A stretch of 64,000 bases of DNA from Sarea resinae (lineage: Eukaryota): assembly GCA_026026165.1 (NCBI GenBank), contig JAPEUD010000012.1:1-64000 (forward strand), given 5' to 3'. The notes beneath the pieces were generated by a model. It was not told the DNA's origin, searched no databases, and worked only from the letters and a program-made list of their open reading frames with translations. A program made the translations under genes and the position numbers. The number at the start of each line of letters is the position of its first letter. The stretch's first letter is position 1. Shown piece after piece: positions 10,577-22,151 of the stretch.

Positions 10577-13500
10577 CTAACCGCTGGAAACGACCATCCC
10601 ACCTTCTATCCCATTACCACCACCACCGTCGCCGTCGCCGTCGCCGCAACTTGGCATATCAAAGGTTATACCCGCCATGTCCCACTCCGCAAAGCCGGGA
10701 CTCGTAGCATTGATCCCCGTAGTGGCTGTTGCTGCTGTAGTCGCTGTATGGGGATCATGATCATGGTGATCTTGATGCTGTTCCAGGTGCACAAAAAGAT
10801 GTGGAAAATGGTCTGACATGGGGTTATCATGGTAAAGATTGTCAAGTGAAAAAGATGAAGGTGAAGAGTCGGCAGCAGCAACGGCGGTTGCGGCAGTGGC
10901 GACGCAACTGGTATGATGTTCGGAAGTCGTGGACGAAGTATTAGCAGCGGTGACGACGCCCCGCGCCACCCTTTCGAACTCAACGGCATGTCGCAGATTC
11001 ATCAGTCCCGGCGCCAGAAATTCCAGATGGCCGAACAGACCATTGATGACACCCATGAGGGCCGTGTCTTTGGGGGCGGCGGCAGAAGTCGGATTAGCGA
11101 TTGTATGAGTGAAGAGAGTCAGGAGGGCGGTTAGAGGGAAGTAGACAAGGAGCCTGTGGTTTGAAACAATTTAGTAGAACGAATTGAAGGGTAATTGGGT
11201 TTAGTGGACAAGCTCGAATAATAGAATATTGGGGAATGGGCAAACGAACCAGCTGGGCGTACTGGCCAACACTTCGATATATTTGGTGGAGAGAACCATC
11301 TGCCTCGCACTCTCTAGGCTGCGTGAAACCGAATGCCTTCTCCACGCCGGTTGCTCCTGATCGGCTACCAGACTTCGGTCCTCGTCACAAAACAAATACG
11401 GCGCCGTAAACCGCCTATGGAGCGCGCACACGGCATCGTAGTACGTGAACCGCAAGAAAAGCGCTTGGTTGGGATGACTATGTGGGCCCATTCTAGCCAA
11501 GCGGATGGGTTTGTTCGGATGGCAGAAATCCGGAAGACTGTCACGCCAGAGGCAGAGATCACGCTCAATGGCGTCGCGAGTGGGAATCAGTGATACAATA
11601 TCTTTGGTCAGGGAAGAAGCCGAGTAGAACCGACAGCAGATCTTGGAGATTATGCGAGCTAAGCGTGTGATTTGAATGAAGATAGGGTGCGTGTTGTCTT
11701 CGTTTTGGAGAGGTCCGGAGGAGGATGGCGGTCTGCCTGGAGGAAAAACACAGCTGACGTCATCATCATTAATAGCCTATTGTGTTCAGAAGATTAGCTG
11801 GATGTGTAAGTCGAATGGGAGTATTTGACACCGAATACTGTATTCCTAAACGTTTGTAGGGGAACTCACCGATGGTCGTCCAGATCGAAGAGAAACAATC
11901 TTATCTAGTACATAAGTAGACCAGAAAACATTACTCCTCTCGTCGATTTGCTCTGTCGTCAGCCCACAGTCTGGATAACACCGCTTGTGTAACCCTTTTG
12001 CCTGTGCGACACGGGCGGCGAGTGAAGAGAGCATGTAGTCCAATTGAGGCGTAGCGACGCCTTGTCCAAACACACCCTACATGCAGACGACAATAATTAG
12101 CATAGGGTTAGCTTCAGCGGAGTATTACAAAATATACCATCACACAAAGAGCCTGGATAGAAGTCAGCTCTAGAAAACAAACCAGAGGAGAAGTTGCTGT
12201 GAGGATTCGCATTACCTGGACAGACATCAAACTCGTTCTGCTGTGTACCAGCTCCATATGAACAGCGAGGGCATTCTTGAAATAGCCCAATGCTTCTTCT
12301 TCAGCGGATCGAAAGTCGTAGGTACTTTCGGCGGCAAGGAACGTTCGGCATCCGATAGCTAGCACGGCGTTGTAGAGGGCATACCAGGAAATGTCGTCTA
12401 TCCCCTTGCCAACTAATGTTGCACCGAACATAGAGTCAAACTTCTCCTGAGAGATGATATAGACAACGCTATTTCATCCCGTCTTTTTTAGCGTGTTGCA
12501 AAAAAGCCAATTCTGGGGTTAGGAACTCGCCTTTGCACGTGAGAGAAATATGCTACCATTATCCAAAGTCAGCATATCGCAAGCCTCATCATAGCCAGGC
12601 GGGAAGAGAATTGCCTTTAATGTAATGCCTTGCTAGGTGTGGCGCAGGCAATTGAGCTCTTGACTCGTGCAAGCCTTTAAGACTAATACTATCTCTTAGA
12701 GCTCCGGAGACTTTCAGCTGCGACATGACGCCTATACTGAGCTCTCGTAGCGGGTTCAAGTTGATGGACGGGCCAAGACGGTCTGATATCCACTTCAGCC
12801 CGGGATTTGATAGTAGCGATAACCCAGAGGAAGGACCTAGAGCAGAAGATCCGACTGTCAGTCGAGATTTGGTAGGATTTCTGTTTTGACGAGTCCAAGT
12901 TACCTATGTATTCCTGTTCGTCCTGAAAAGGTATGAGCGATCAACATCTCCATAACGCAAGGACTTGGGGCTATACGTCACCTCGGAGTCAAATAATATG
13001 AGATGTGCTCCGTGAGCGCGTATCTGTTCTGGGTCTCGGTCCCACAAGATGTTATCGATCAATTGTCCTTGACCAGAGTTACTTGATGGTCCCAGCGGCC
13101 GCGACGACGGCGGAGACTTCGGAGTGAGAGGACCGATCTCGAAATTGTCCATCTGCGAGCCTTGGTCGCACGTCCAGGTGAAGTCGATAATATCTCCGTC
13201 ATTTATGATTGCATCCATCCCCGCTGATATTGCCGTGTCGATCGAAGGACTCTTGCTAGATTGGTCTGCTCGTGCAGGCCCTACAGGCCCTACGCGGTAT
13301 GGTTGAGGCTCAGATGGAGGCGTCGCTTGAATCTCGATCGGCTCGGGGATTTGAACCAAATGATATTCCTCTTGGCGAAACTTGTTGTTGAAGAAGAACT
13401 CCATTCGATCGACTCGGCGTTCCAATTCTAGATCCGAGTCAGTCAAATTCCAGCGAGCGCAAAGGTCCGGCACAAGGAAGATGACAATACCCGAGTTGCT

Positions 13501-13753
13501 CTGTCTTCGCCCATAGCGCGAGCTTTCGTAGACACATGTGGTTTGGTGTTTCTGGCGGGGCGGTCATCAGACAAAGGGCTACTTTCGAAGACGATTGTTC
13601 CTCGAGAACGTACCTGACAGTAAGAACAGGATGGCTTCTGATGATCACCTGTTGAGAACGATGTCGATCAGCACAGCACATTCAGAGTCTTTGGGGTCCG
13701 ACATCCAATGGCATACATTTGACCTTCTTCACTCGACAAGTGGTACAAGCCAT
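10577..13753 (-). CDS. Zn(II)2Cys6 / Fungal_trans transcription factor, many short exons
   Basis: Three exons join to MACTTCRVKKVKCDHQKPSCSYCQKHQTTC. Then EYIGPSSGLSLLSNPGLKWI, LARHYIKAYFSHVQ, ERSNVFWSTYVLDKIVSLRSGRPS. The frame is continuous if two GC-AG introns are accepted. The start could lie in a further upstream exon. Confidence 0.88.
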
Positions 13754-14359
13754 GTCTGGCCTCGGCCTTTCCGATATCTAAACGTGCTTAGTCAGGAGCG
13801 AGCTCCAGGGAAGAGTCCAAGGCTATCGAGGTAGAAGGTGTAAAAGCATCGTTCGCCGCCAGGTCAGACGTTCATCATATTCCGGCTTGGTCATGAGAGT
13901 CTGAGTCAACGAGGGACAAACATGGAGCGATGAACGACGTCGGCTTGCAAGTTGACAGATGCATGGAAACCAAAGAGGGTACTCGTCCGGGGACGAGACG
14001 ACCCTTGCCCCCTCGACAGTGCTCTAACCGGAACGGAGGGGCAACAAAGGGATTTGCGGGGTAGCGAGCAACTAGTCGACCCTGGACCGAGGAGCCCGCC
14101 CGCTAAGCCTGAGTGCGGGGTAGGGAGCGTCGGCGGCGTACGCGGCTGAGACACCGCACTGGGGACTGTCGTCCCTTCTCATCCCTGCGCACATCCACCT
14201 GCCCAGTGGACGTATGTGTTCACATTGATCCGCTACGGCAGCAGCCACGCTTCTTCCATGACGCGTCAGGCTGGGCACATCCACGAATGCCATTGTTTTG
14301 GGATTTAGGGTTTAGCTACATGGACAAACATGGTCATATTCTATTGCCGCCCTCTATTT

Positions 14360-14936
14360 CTATTTCAGCGCCGCCGCCAGGGTCCCCATGTCCTGTGGAG
14401 ATGGTGTTTCGTCAGTCTCGATTAGAGTGTGGCTCGGATTAAGGATGTCTTTGTCCTACCGCCCAGACCTGGGAATAGCTCAGCCTCGGACTTCCCGATT
14501 CGTCACTCGCCTCGTCCACGACCATACGAGCGGTAAACTCTGAATCCACCGTCTTGCCATTTCTCAAGCCCATCTGGACCTTGCCAATCAGCATGACGTC
14601 TCGACCTTCGAGGTCGGCGACGTAGGCCTTGAGGATCTCGTGACGTCGCGTCTCGATGACCCTCCAAGCATTATCCCGGGACCGTCGAATCTCTGCCAAC
14701 CTGGATCAGTCGCGAAGGACGTCACCCAAAACTGGTCACTCGATACCTTGAGAGCCAGTGAATTTGGATCCAACCCCCATCAGAGTGGCTTCTTCTGCAA
14801 AGACTTCCTCGGCGAGCCTGTCTCCGGCTTCCGGACTGTTCAAATCGGCGAGGACGTAGAAGCGCTCGATAAGATGCTGAATGGACGAGGGGATGGGATG
14901 TGCTGGCCACACCGTATTCTCTGTAGTATAACCCAT
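14360..14936 (-). CDS. Small SnoaL/NTF2-like fold protein (3 exons, ~150 aa)
   Basis: MGYTTENTVWP...IERFYVLAD...VFAEEATL / EIRRSRDNAW...RRHEILKAY...SEFTARMVV...YSQVWA / DMGTLAAALK*; GT-AG introns join the ORF-track pieces. Fold assignment is from pattern recall. Confidence 0.72.
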
Positions 14937-15461
14937 GGCCGAGAGAGTGATAAATCGAGGAATAAACAGCAGACTTTGATGTCTGTTTGAGCAAGGTACG
15001 GGGGGGCGGGGCGGCCGCTGAATGCTATAAGGTGGGCCACTGTCGAAGATGGACTGATATCCGGGCTCCTCGGGCCCGAACCCCGAACGTGGACCCCAAA
15101 TCGGGACCCCACCCCATTGCTACTGGAAATATGATATCCGGCGATGGTATCCGGTAATTACACCTTGACGTACTGTGAGGCTTTGCTGGGGTCAGTGCCG
15201 ATACCGATAGAGCATGATACGGGTTGAGCGTGTAGAGATGCGCAGAAAACCTGGTTCATTGAGCTTAAAAAGCCCCTAGTGAACACGTAAGAAGGACCCG
15301 GTGCCTGACACTGCCGCTTCACTGGAGAATTGCTTCTGCTTGTATTTATATCAGGACGAAACATATTCTTGTCGCAGACACACAGAACTCCGATATCCTT
15401 CATACCCGAGCTCCAGAAATATACATCTTCAACCTCCATCGATCTCATTTTTCTTTTCAAC

Positions 15462-16190
15462 ATGGCCGCAGACTTCGACGCACCGGTATCCAAAGTTCTG
15501 AGGCCGTCCCATCTGGCCCATGTGGTCCTGCGAACGAGCAACCTGCGACGCATGGTCTCCTTCTACACCACATTCCTCGGCGGCACCGTCACCCATGAGA
15601 ATGAGGTGCTCTCATTCATCACCTACGACGAAGAGCACCACCGCATCGCCATCCTCGAGCTTCCTGACACCGCTCCCAAGATCGCCACCTCGAGCGGCTT
15701 GGACCACATCTCCTTTTCCTTTGACACGTTGGCCGACCTCTTCCTGAGTTATCGCCACCGCAAGCAACATGGCATCGAGCCGGTATGGTGCGTGAATCAC
15801 GGCCCTACCACCAGCATCTACTACAAGGACCCCGACGAGAACGTCCTGGAGACCCAAGTTGACAATTTTGACACCGTGGCCGAGGCATCCGAATTCATGC
15901 GAAGCGCCAACTTTGCCGAGAATCCCATCGGCACAGACATTGACCCGGAAGACTTGATCAAACGCATCGAGAGCGGCGAGGACGAGACCTCGCTGAAGAC
16001 TAGGAATGAGATCGGGCCTCGTGGGGTCCCAGATTTTTCGGCGATGAAGGCAAAGGAGTGGAGGACTCCTGGAGAGTCGACGCCAAATGGAGTAAAGAAG
16101 GCGTTGGGATCCAGCCAGCCCAACAAATTCTGTGGGTTCCGAGATTTTGTGGGGCTGAGTAGAGCTCGCATGAGCTCTGGTTCGATCTAA
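15462..16190 (+). CDS. VOC/glyoxalase-family protein, extradiol dioxygenase-like (biphenyl-2,3-diol dioxygenase III-related)
   Basis: First ATG at 15462. PSHLAHVVLRT, FITYDEEHHRIAI, GLDHISF and WCVNHGPTTSIYYKDPDENVLETQVDNF provide a His/His/Glu metal triad pattern. Confidence 0.87.
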   Translation: MAADFDAPVSKVLRPSHLAHVVLRTSNLRRMVSFYTTFLGGTVTHENEVLSFITYDEEHHRIAILELPDTAPKIATSSGLDHISFSFDTLADLFLSYRHRKQHGIEPVWCVNHGPTTSIYYKDPDENVLETQVDNFDTVAEASEFMRSANFAENPIGTDIDPEDLIKRIESGEDETSLKTRNEIGPRGVPDFSAMKAKEWRTPGESTPNGVKKALGSSQPNKFCGFRDFVGLSRARMSSGSI

Positions 16191-16548
16191 AGTTTCTTCT
16201 CTATCAAGCAGTGAATTGTGTAGGAAAAGATATCGTGGGTTGGACTCACAGAAATGCACTGGGTTTGAGAGGCAACGAGATTGTATATTAGCTGCGCAGC
16301 GTTCAGTCAAGAAGACTCAGGCATGCATTTTGAGGCGTCTAATGTGAAGGGAAAGTGTCCGAATATTACAGGTTTATATGATAATGTACCGTATTTTCGA
16401 GGATATATAGCCAATTTCGAAATATAGTCACTTATCCTTTTCTTTCAATTCCAAATCCCGTAAGACCACGTCTTGATGTCGGGTATTGCACAAGAAAGAT
16501 TCTATATTCATAAGCTATCTAGTCAAAACTCAAACTTTCTTTCTTGTT

Positions 16549-19083
16549 CTAAAGCTTAGCCGCCAAATCGGCCTGGTCGGCCTTCTCGATGTCAAAGAAC
16601 CTCTGATAGCTGGCAAAAGACGCCGGGTTGGCGACGGCACCATTCGGTTTCAACGGCTGGCCCGAGACGATTTGCTTGACGGCTAGCTCGATTTTCTTCC
16701 CGTTGACCGTATAGGGAATCTCGGTGATCTCGAAGATGTATTTTGGCACATGACGTGGAGAACGTGCCTCGCGAATTGCCTTCTTGATCTCTTCGCGCAG
16801 CTGCCGTGTCAGTCGAGAGCTGGGCTTCATTTTAACGAAGAGCACGACAGCCTCATCATTGTCCTGGGGACGGCGTTGCCCGACGCAGATGGAGTCGTCA
16901 ATGTCGGGAATTTTCTCGACGATAGCGTAGATCTCGGCGGACCCGAAGCGGACTCCCGAGGGATTGAGCACGCCGTCACTGCAGTAGCAGCAAAGTCAAT
17001 AGCCGCTCCTCAAAACTAGAGGGCTGAACCACTTACGATCTTCCTAGCATAAGGATTCCTTTCGTATCCGGCACCACCATTACGAAGTCACCTTGGCACC
17101 AGACACGGTTACCAAAGCGCTCAAAGTACGAAGACTGGTACCGCTTCATGCCGTTCTCGCCCCAAAACATAACAGGCTGGCTCGGGAACGGCTGCAAACA
17201 GACAAGCTCTCCGGGCTCGCCGGTTTCCTTGATCGACACGACCGTGGAACTGGTGTTGTCTACGATGTCTACGGCCATTCCCAGACTGTCGCATTGGATC
17301 TCTCCAGAGTATACGGGAAGCGTTGGGCTTCCAGTGACCACTAGGCGTTGATAATCAGCTCCTAGACATAGTGCCAAAGTCGTTAACGTTGCTTACGAGA
17401 ACAAGCCATGTCCGTCCCACCACTCATAGATATAAGATGTATGTCAGAAGGGAACCCATGATCATAGAACCAGTTGCAGACGTCGGCCGTCAAGGTGCTT
17501 CCAGTAGAGGTTACTGTTCGGAGGCTGGAGAGGTCGATTAATTCTCCTGCATCCGGTCAACTCATCGTTCCTGTTGAGATGTGCTAGCAGAACCTACGAG
17601 GTTTTAAGCCCGAGCTCTTCAGGTCAGATAAGAATCTAGCCGATGTTCCGAACATCGTGATCCTAAACAACAGCCAAACTCAGTAGCTATCCTGCCTGTG
17701 AGATAAAAGCGTCGAAAATCTACTTACTTGAGCTTAGCAATAAGCCGGAGAAGGACAAGAGGGTCCGGTCTCAGTGGCGACCCATCATATAGTACTACGC
17801 TACCACCGGTCGATAGTCCGCACAAGGCAAATGCCCACATAATCCAACTAGTCTAGCATTGCAGACGTATTAAAGAGTGTCGTACTAAGGAAAGCCAAAG
17901 GCCGAATATAGGAGACTCACTGAAGTATACTGGAACAAGACGTCACTTGGCCCTACACTAGTATGGAGGACCAGATCTTTCTTAATTTGGAGAAGCATTC
18001 CCTATTCTCGACCAAAAAAGACGGTCAGTACAGTTCCTTTATGAAGAAGAACGGATAGAGACGTAGACTTGCCCCTGCACTATGGACGATGCATTTAGGC
18101 GGACCAGTCTGCACAACCTTGATTTAGTTCTCGTACTGGTTCTTTATCAGAGGCAATACTGTACCGTGCCCGAAGAGTAGACGATGAGACCGGGATGATG
18201 AAAGGGCAGTTGCTTGAAATGCAGTTCCCTTCCGACTCCTCGTTCGAGGAAGAGATCCCACGAAATCAATTTGATCTCAGGATCTTCCCTCATCGCCCCG
18301 TCGTGGGAGAGGAGGATGATGTTTTGAAAGTCCTGCATCTTGGACATGATCTTGGCACATTCTCTGTTCTTCGGCATGAGATCGCGTAGTTTTCCATTAT
18401 AGAAGACGGCCTTCTCAGCAAAGAGAAGCTTCGGACGGATCTGCAACAAGCGGTCCAGAATGCCGTCAACGCCCATATCGGGTGACGTCGTCGACCAAAG
18501 CGCTCCAATTGAGATGGTAGCGAGGCAGGCCACGACCGTTTCCAGTCGGTTAGAAAGAATTCCAGCCACCCGATCATCTGTGCGCACGCCAGACGATATC
18601 ATGGCGTCCGCGACCCTTTGAACCTCGGATTGTAGTGTTCCCCAAGTTATGTCTTTCAGATTCGTAATGCCCTCCCCGCACGTATGTATCGCAACCGCGT
18701 TTGGATCCCGACCCGAAAGCATGTTCTCTACAATGTTGAGGCGAACCTCGGGGAAAAAGGACGGAGGGGGGAACATAAGACGCCTGTCCTATTGAGAGAG
18801 ATTAGTCGGCGCATCATGAATCAGAAAATATGTGCAGGAAGGTTACTTTAGCTGATATAGACACAGTCGGACGTCTGTCGGACTTGATTTCAAGGAAAAG
18901 AAAAAGGTCCACCCAAAAGTCATCGGCCGTCTTCTCACCGACCGAATAGGCATGTAAATCGGCATAGTCCTTCAAATTGGCTCTGTGTCGACTATTGACG
19001 AATGCGCGGAATCGGTCCGTTGCGGTTGCTGCAACTCGTGGCTTCCACAGCAGACGTCGCTCAGAGTCATTCGATGCCGCCAT
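16549..19083 (-). CDS. Acetoacetyl-CoA synthetase (AACS), multi-exon, C-terminal AKL
   Basis: LWKP...DYADLHAYSV, LWSTTSPDMG...DRLLQIRPKLLF, YSSGTTGPPKCIVHSAGG, QYTSTSWIMW, SMSGGTD, PFPSQPVMFW, VWCQGDF, GRSDGVLNPSGVRFGSAEIY, TVNGKKIELAVK. Confidence 0.95.
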
Positions 19084-19765
19084 GGTGAAGGCAACTATAG
19101 AGCCAGGAAAGAAAAGAATGAAATGTCAGACCGCGACAGCAGGCCCCGTATTTCCAATTCACTGTTTGAGGCAAAATCCCCAATGGCTACTGCTGCGAGA
19201 GAAGGCGGCGGATGATGGCACTGATGGGTGTGGTACTGATTGGCGTGATAGACTGATGCTTCTGGATGGCCTGTGGAAGGAAGATGTCCAGGTCGAGAAA
19301 GCCGAGGCACCAAGCTACTGTCGAGAACGTGTAACCTGTCGAGAGCCAAATCCATAACCGACGATAGGCCGCCCGCCAAAGGTGGGGTCTATGCTGATCG
19401 ACTGATTGATCCGGGGTAGTAATCCGAGCGCCGAATGCACGCACCGTAGCGTCCGTCCGGGGCCCCGCGTTTCGCTACTCGAAGTGAAATTCCAACATAT
19501 GCAGGGATTATGTTGACGACCGAGATGGAATCAAGAGAGACCTGCCAGATCACAGTCACACAACACACATCACAACATGCCGGGGAGATGTCCTGATTAT
19601 CGGGCACAATGTCCCGGTATGAGACTAAAAGCTGGAAAAGACATGGTCCTCGTGTTGAGAGACGAATATGTTATATATCTTACATATACCGCCTTTATTT
19701 CGGATGCTGGTGTCTGGCACGCTTAGCTTTTCAAAGAAGAGCTATACAGTCAGCACTTCTTCAAG

Positions 19766-21713
19766 ATGGTCTCTCCGATTGAAGTCCCCGTGATTATCAT
19801 CGGCGGTGGAGGCTGCGGCTTGAATCTTTCCGTGTTCTTATCGAACCTGGGCGTGGAGCATTACCTTTTTGAGAGACATCCAGGAACAGCTATCCTCCCC
19901 AAAGCCCACTACCTGAACCAGCGTTCTATGGAGATCTTTCGACAGCATGGAATCGATGACATCAAAGCTCAAGGCTGTCCGGCACGTAATATGAGCCAGA
20001 TCATATGGCAAACCTCTCTTGGTGGCCAAGGTCCGTATGATCGCCGAGTCATTGGTCAGTTGGACGCGTTTGGAGGGGCAGAGCATTCCGCGCATGCGCA
20101 GATATATCGGTGCGTACGATTCTCTTTGCTAAATGGATAGTCCTCTCTGACTGCGCTTTAGCAAAGATTCGGCCGTCGTCTCTTCCAATCTCCCACTGAT
20201 TCGGTCAGAACCCGTCTTTCGCGCTGCCGCCGAGAAGCGGAATCCAGGCAAAGTGCTCTTCAGCCACGAGGTCACCGATCTCGTCGATAAAGGCGACTAT
20301 GTCCTGGTTAGTGTCAAGGATTCAAATGACCAAGTCGTGGACTATCATGCTCAGTACGTCGTTGCCGCGGACGCGGGGAAAACAGCAGGGCCGCGGATCG
20401 GGGTCCAAATGGAAGGACCGACAGGAATCGTCGACTTTGTGAGCGTTCACTTCAAGGCCGACCTGTCAAAATACTGGGACGGTATGATCCCTCTCATCTC
20501 CACGTCTGCAATCTATCTGATTATAGAGATTATAGATCGAGCTCTGATAACGCACTTCATCAACCTCGAAGGCGGATCTATGGCCAACTTCGACTGCGGC
20601 GCTTTGGTTCAAATGGGACCAACGTGGGGCAAGCGTTCAGAAGAGTGGACCATACACTTTGGATTCGACCTGAATGATAAAGAGAGGTTCAACGAGGCTG
20701 CACTTGTTCCTCGCCTTCGCCAACTGCTCAAGTTGCCTGATCTGGAGCTTGAAGTGCTTCATTACAGTCATTGGGTTCTAGAACGCGTACTGGCGAACAA
20801 GTATCGCGAAGGAAGAATATTCATTGCTGGCGATGCAGCTCATCGACGTCCACCAACTACGGGCCTTGGTCTCAACACAGCTATCGAGGATGCGCTCAAT
20901 ATTGCCTGGAAATTATCCATGGTTGTCCACGGAAAAGCAAACCCTTCACTACTAGATACATACGAGAGCGAGCGTCGCCCAGTTGGAAAACGAAATTCGG
21001 ACTGGGGACTTTTCACGTTCTCCCATTTCAACGTCCTCAACTCTGCAATCGGGCTAATACCGGGACAAGTAAAGGCCAACAACCAGCGCTTTGCGAACAT
21101 CTTCGAAGATTCTGCTCTGGGAGACAGCATCAAAGCCCAGATTCAGCGGACCATCGAATTACAGAACATCGAGTTTTCAGCCCATGACATCGAGCTTGGG
21201 TTTCGCTACGAAAAAGGCGCCGTGACTCCTGACGGTACAGATCCGCCGCCGGCCGATCCTGTTGGACAGATATACTACCCAACTACTCGGCCGGGTCATC
21301 GACTGCCACATGCCTGGTTGGAATTCAAGGGGAAAGTACTATCCACGCATGATCTGATTGGGAGATCAGGGAATGATTTCCTATTGATCACGGACGAAGA
21401 TGGTGATGAGTTGGTCAAGGAGGCTGAGACTTTGGCAAAGCGCTTCGCATTAACTATCGCCGTGGCACGCATTCAACGTCATCGACATAGCGACGGCTCG
21501 GACCTCTACGACGATCGTGATGGTCAATGGGCTCGAGTGCGTGAGCTCGGTGCTGGAGGGGCTCTTCTCGTCCGACCTGATAACTTTGTCGCTTGGCGTA
21601 GCAGGGCGGCCGGCCAGATAGAAGGTAAGAGCTTGACAGACAATTTGACCCAACTTTTACACCACGGTCAGGCGCGGCTAGTCAACGGTCACCAGATGCG
21701 ATTAAAATATTAG
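19766..21713 (+). CDS. FAD-dependent aromatic monooxygenase (PheA/TfdB, 2,4-dichlorophenol 6-monooxygenase-like)
   Basis: IIGGGGCG, ERHPGTAILPKAHYLNQRSMEIFRQHG, VVAADAG, AGDAAHRRPPTTGLGLNTAIEDA, PGHRLPHAWL, LVRPDNFVAW. Introns at ~20110-20161 and ~20482-20536 (second approximate). Confidence 0.93.
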
Positions 21714-22151
21714 GATCTGAATATTTCTTCCTTCAAAGTTTGGACACTACGGATCTATCCATTGTTTATTATCTTGCAATCCAATTATATGATTTTTGTC
21801 ATGTTTTGTCTATAATACATGTCGTTGGCCTCAACTCCAAAAAATCCCCCCTTTGCCTTAGAGCGAACGACGTTGCTGGTTTCGGCTACTCCGTACTAGT
21901 AGCTAGGGGGGGTGGGGAGGTGTGGGGCCTAGGGCGTAAGCATGCCGATCCTTGATTCGTTTGCTGATCGCCAACGACCTGGCGAAATCATTGCCCAATT
22001 TAGTAAGTCTGACAGTCACGTCGATCAGCTGCCGTATTCTCCATAAAGGGTGAAGAGCTTAGGGTTCGAATATAAGCATCTCGTGTCTTCCCTCTAGCAG
22101 TGTCATTACTACCGTCAACACCCAGCTCGCTCGCAAGATTCTCGGCGCAAC

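Noticed and set aside
15612..16310. 232-aa antisense ORF over the VOC gene (and similar shadows over PDC, Vps62, TFIIIC)
   Set aside because: Explained by codon bias of the sense genes.
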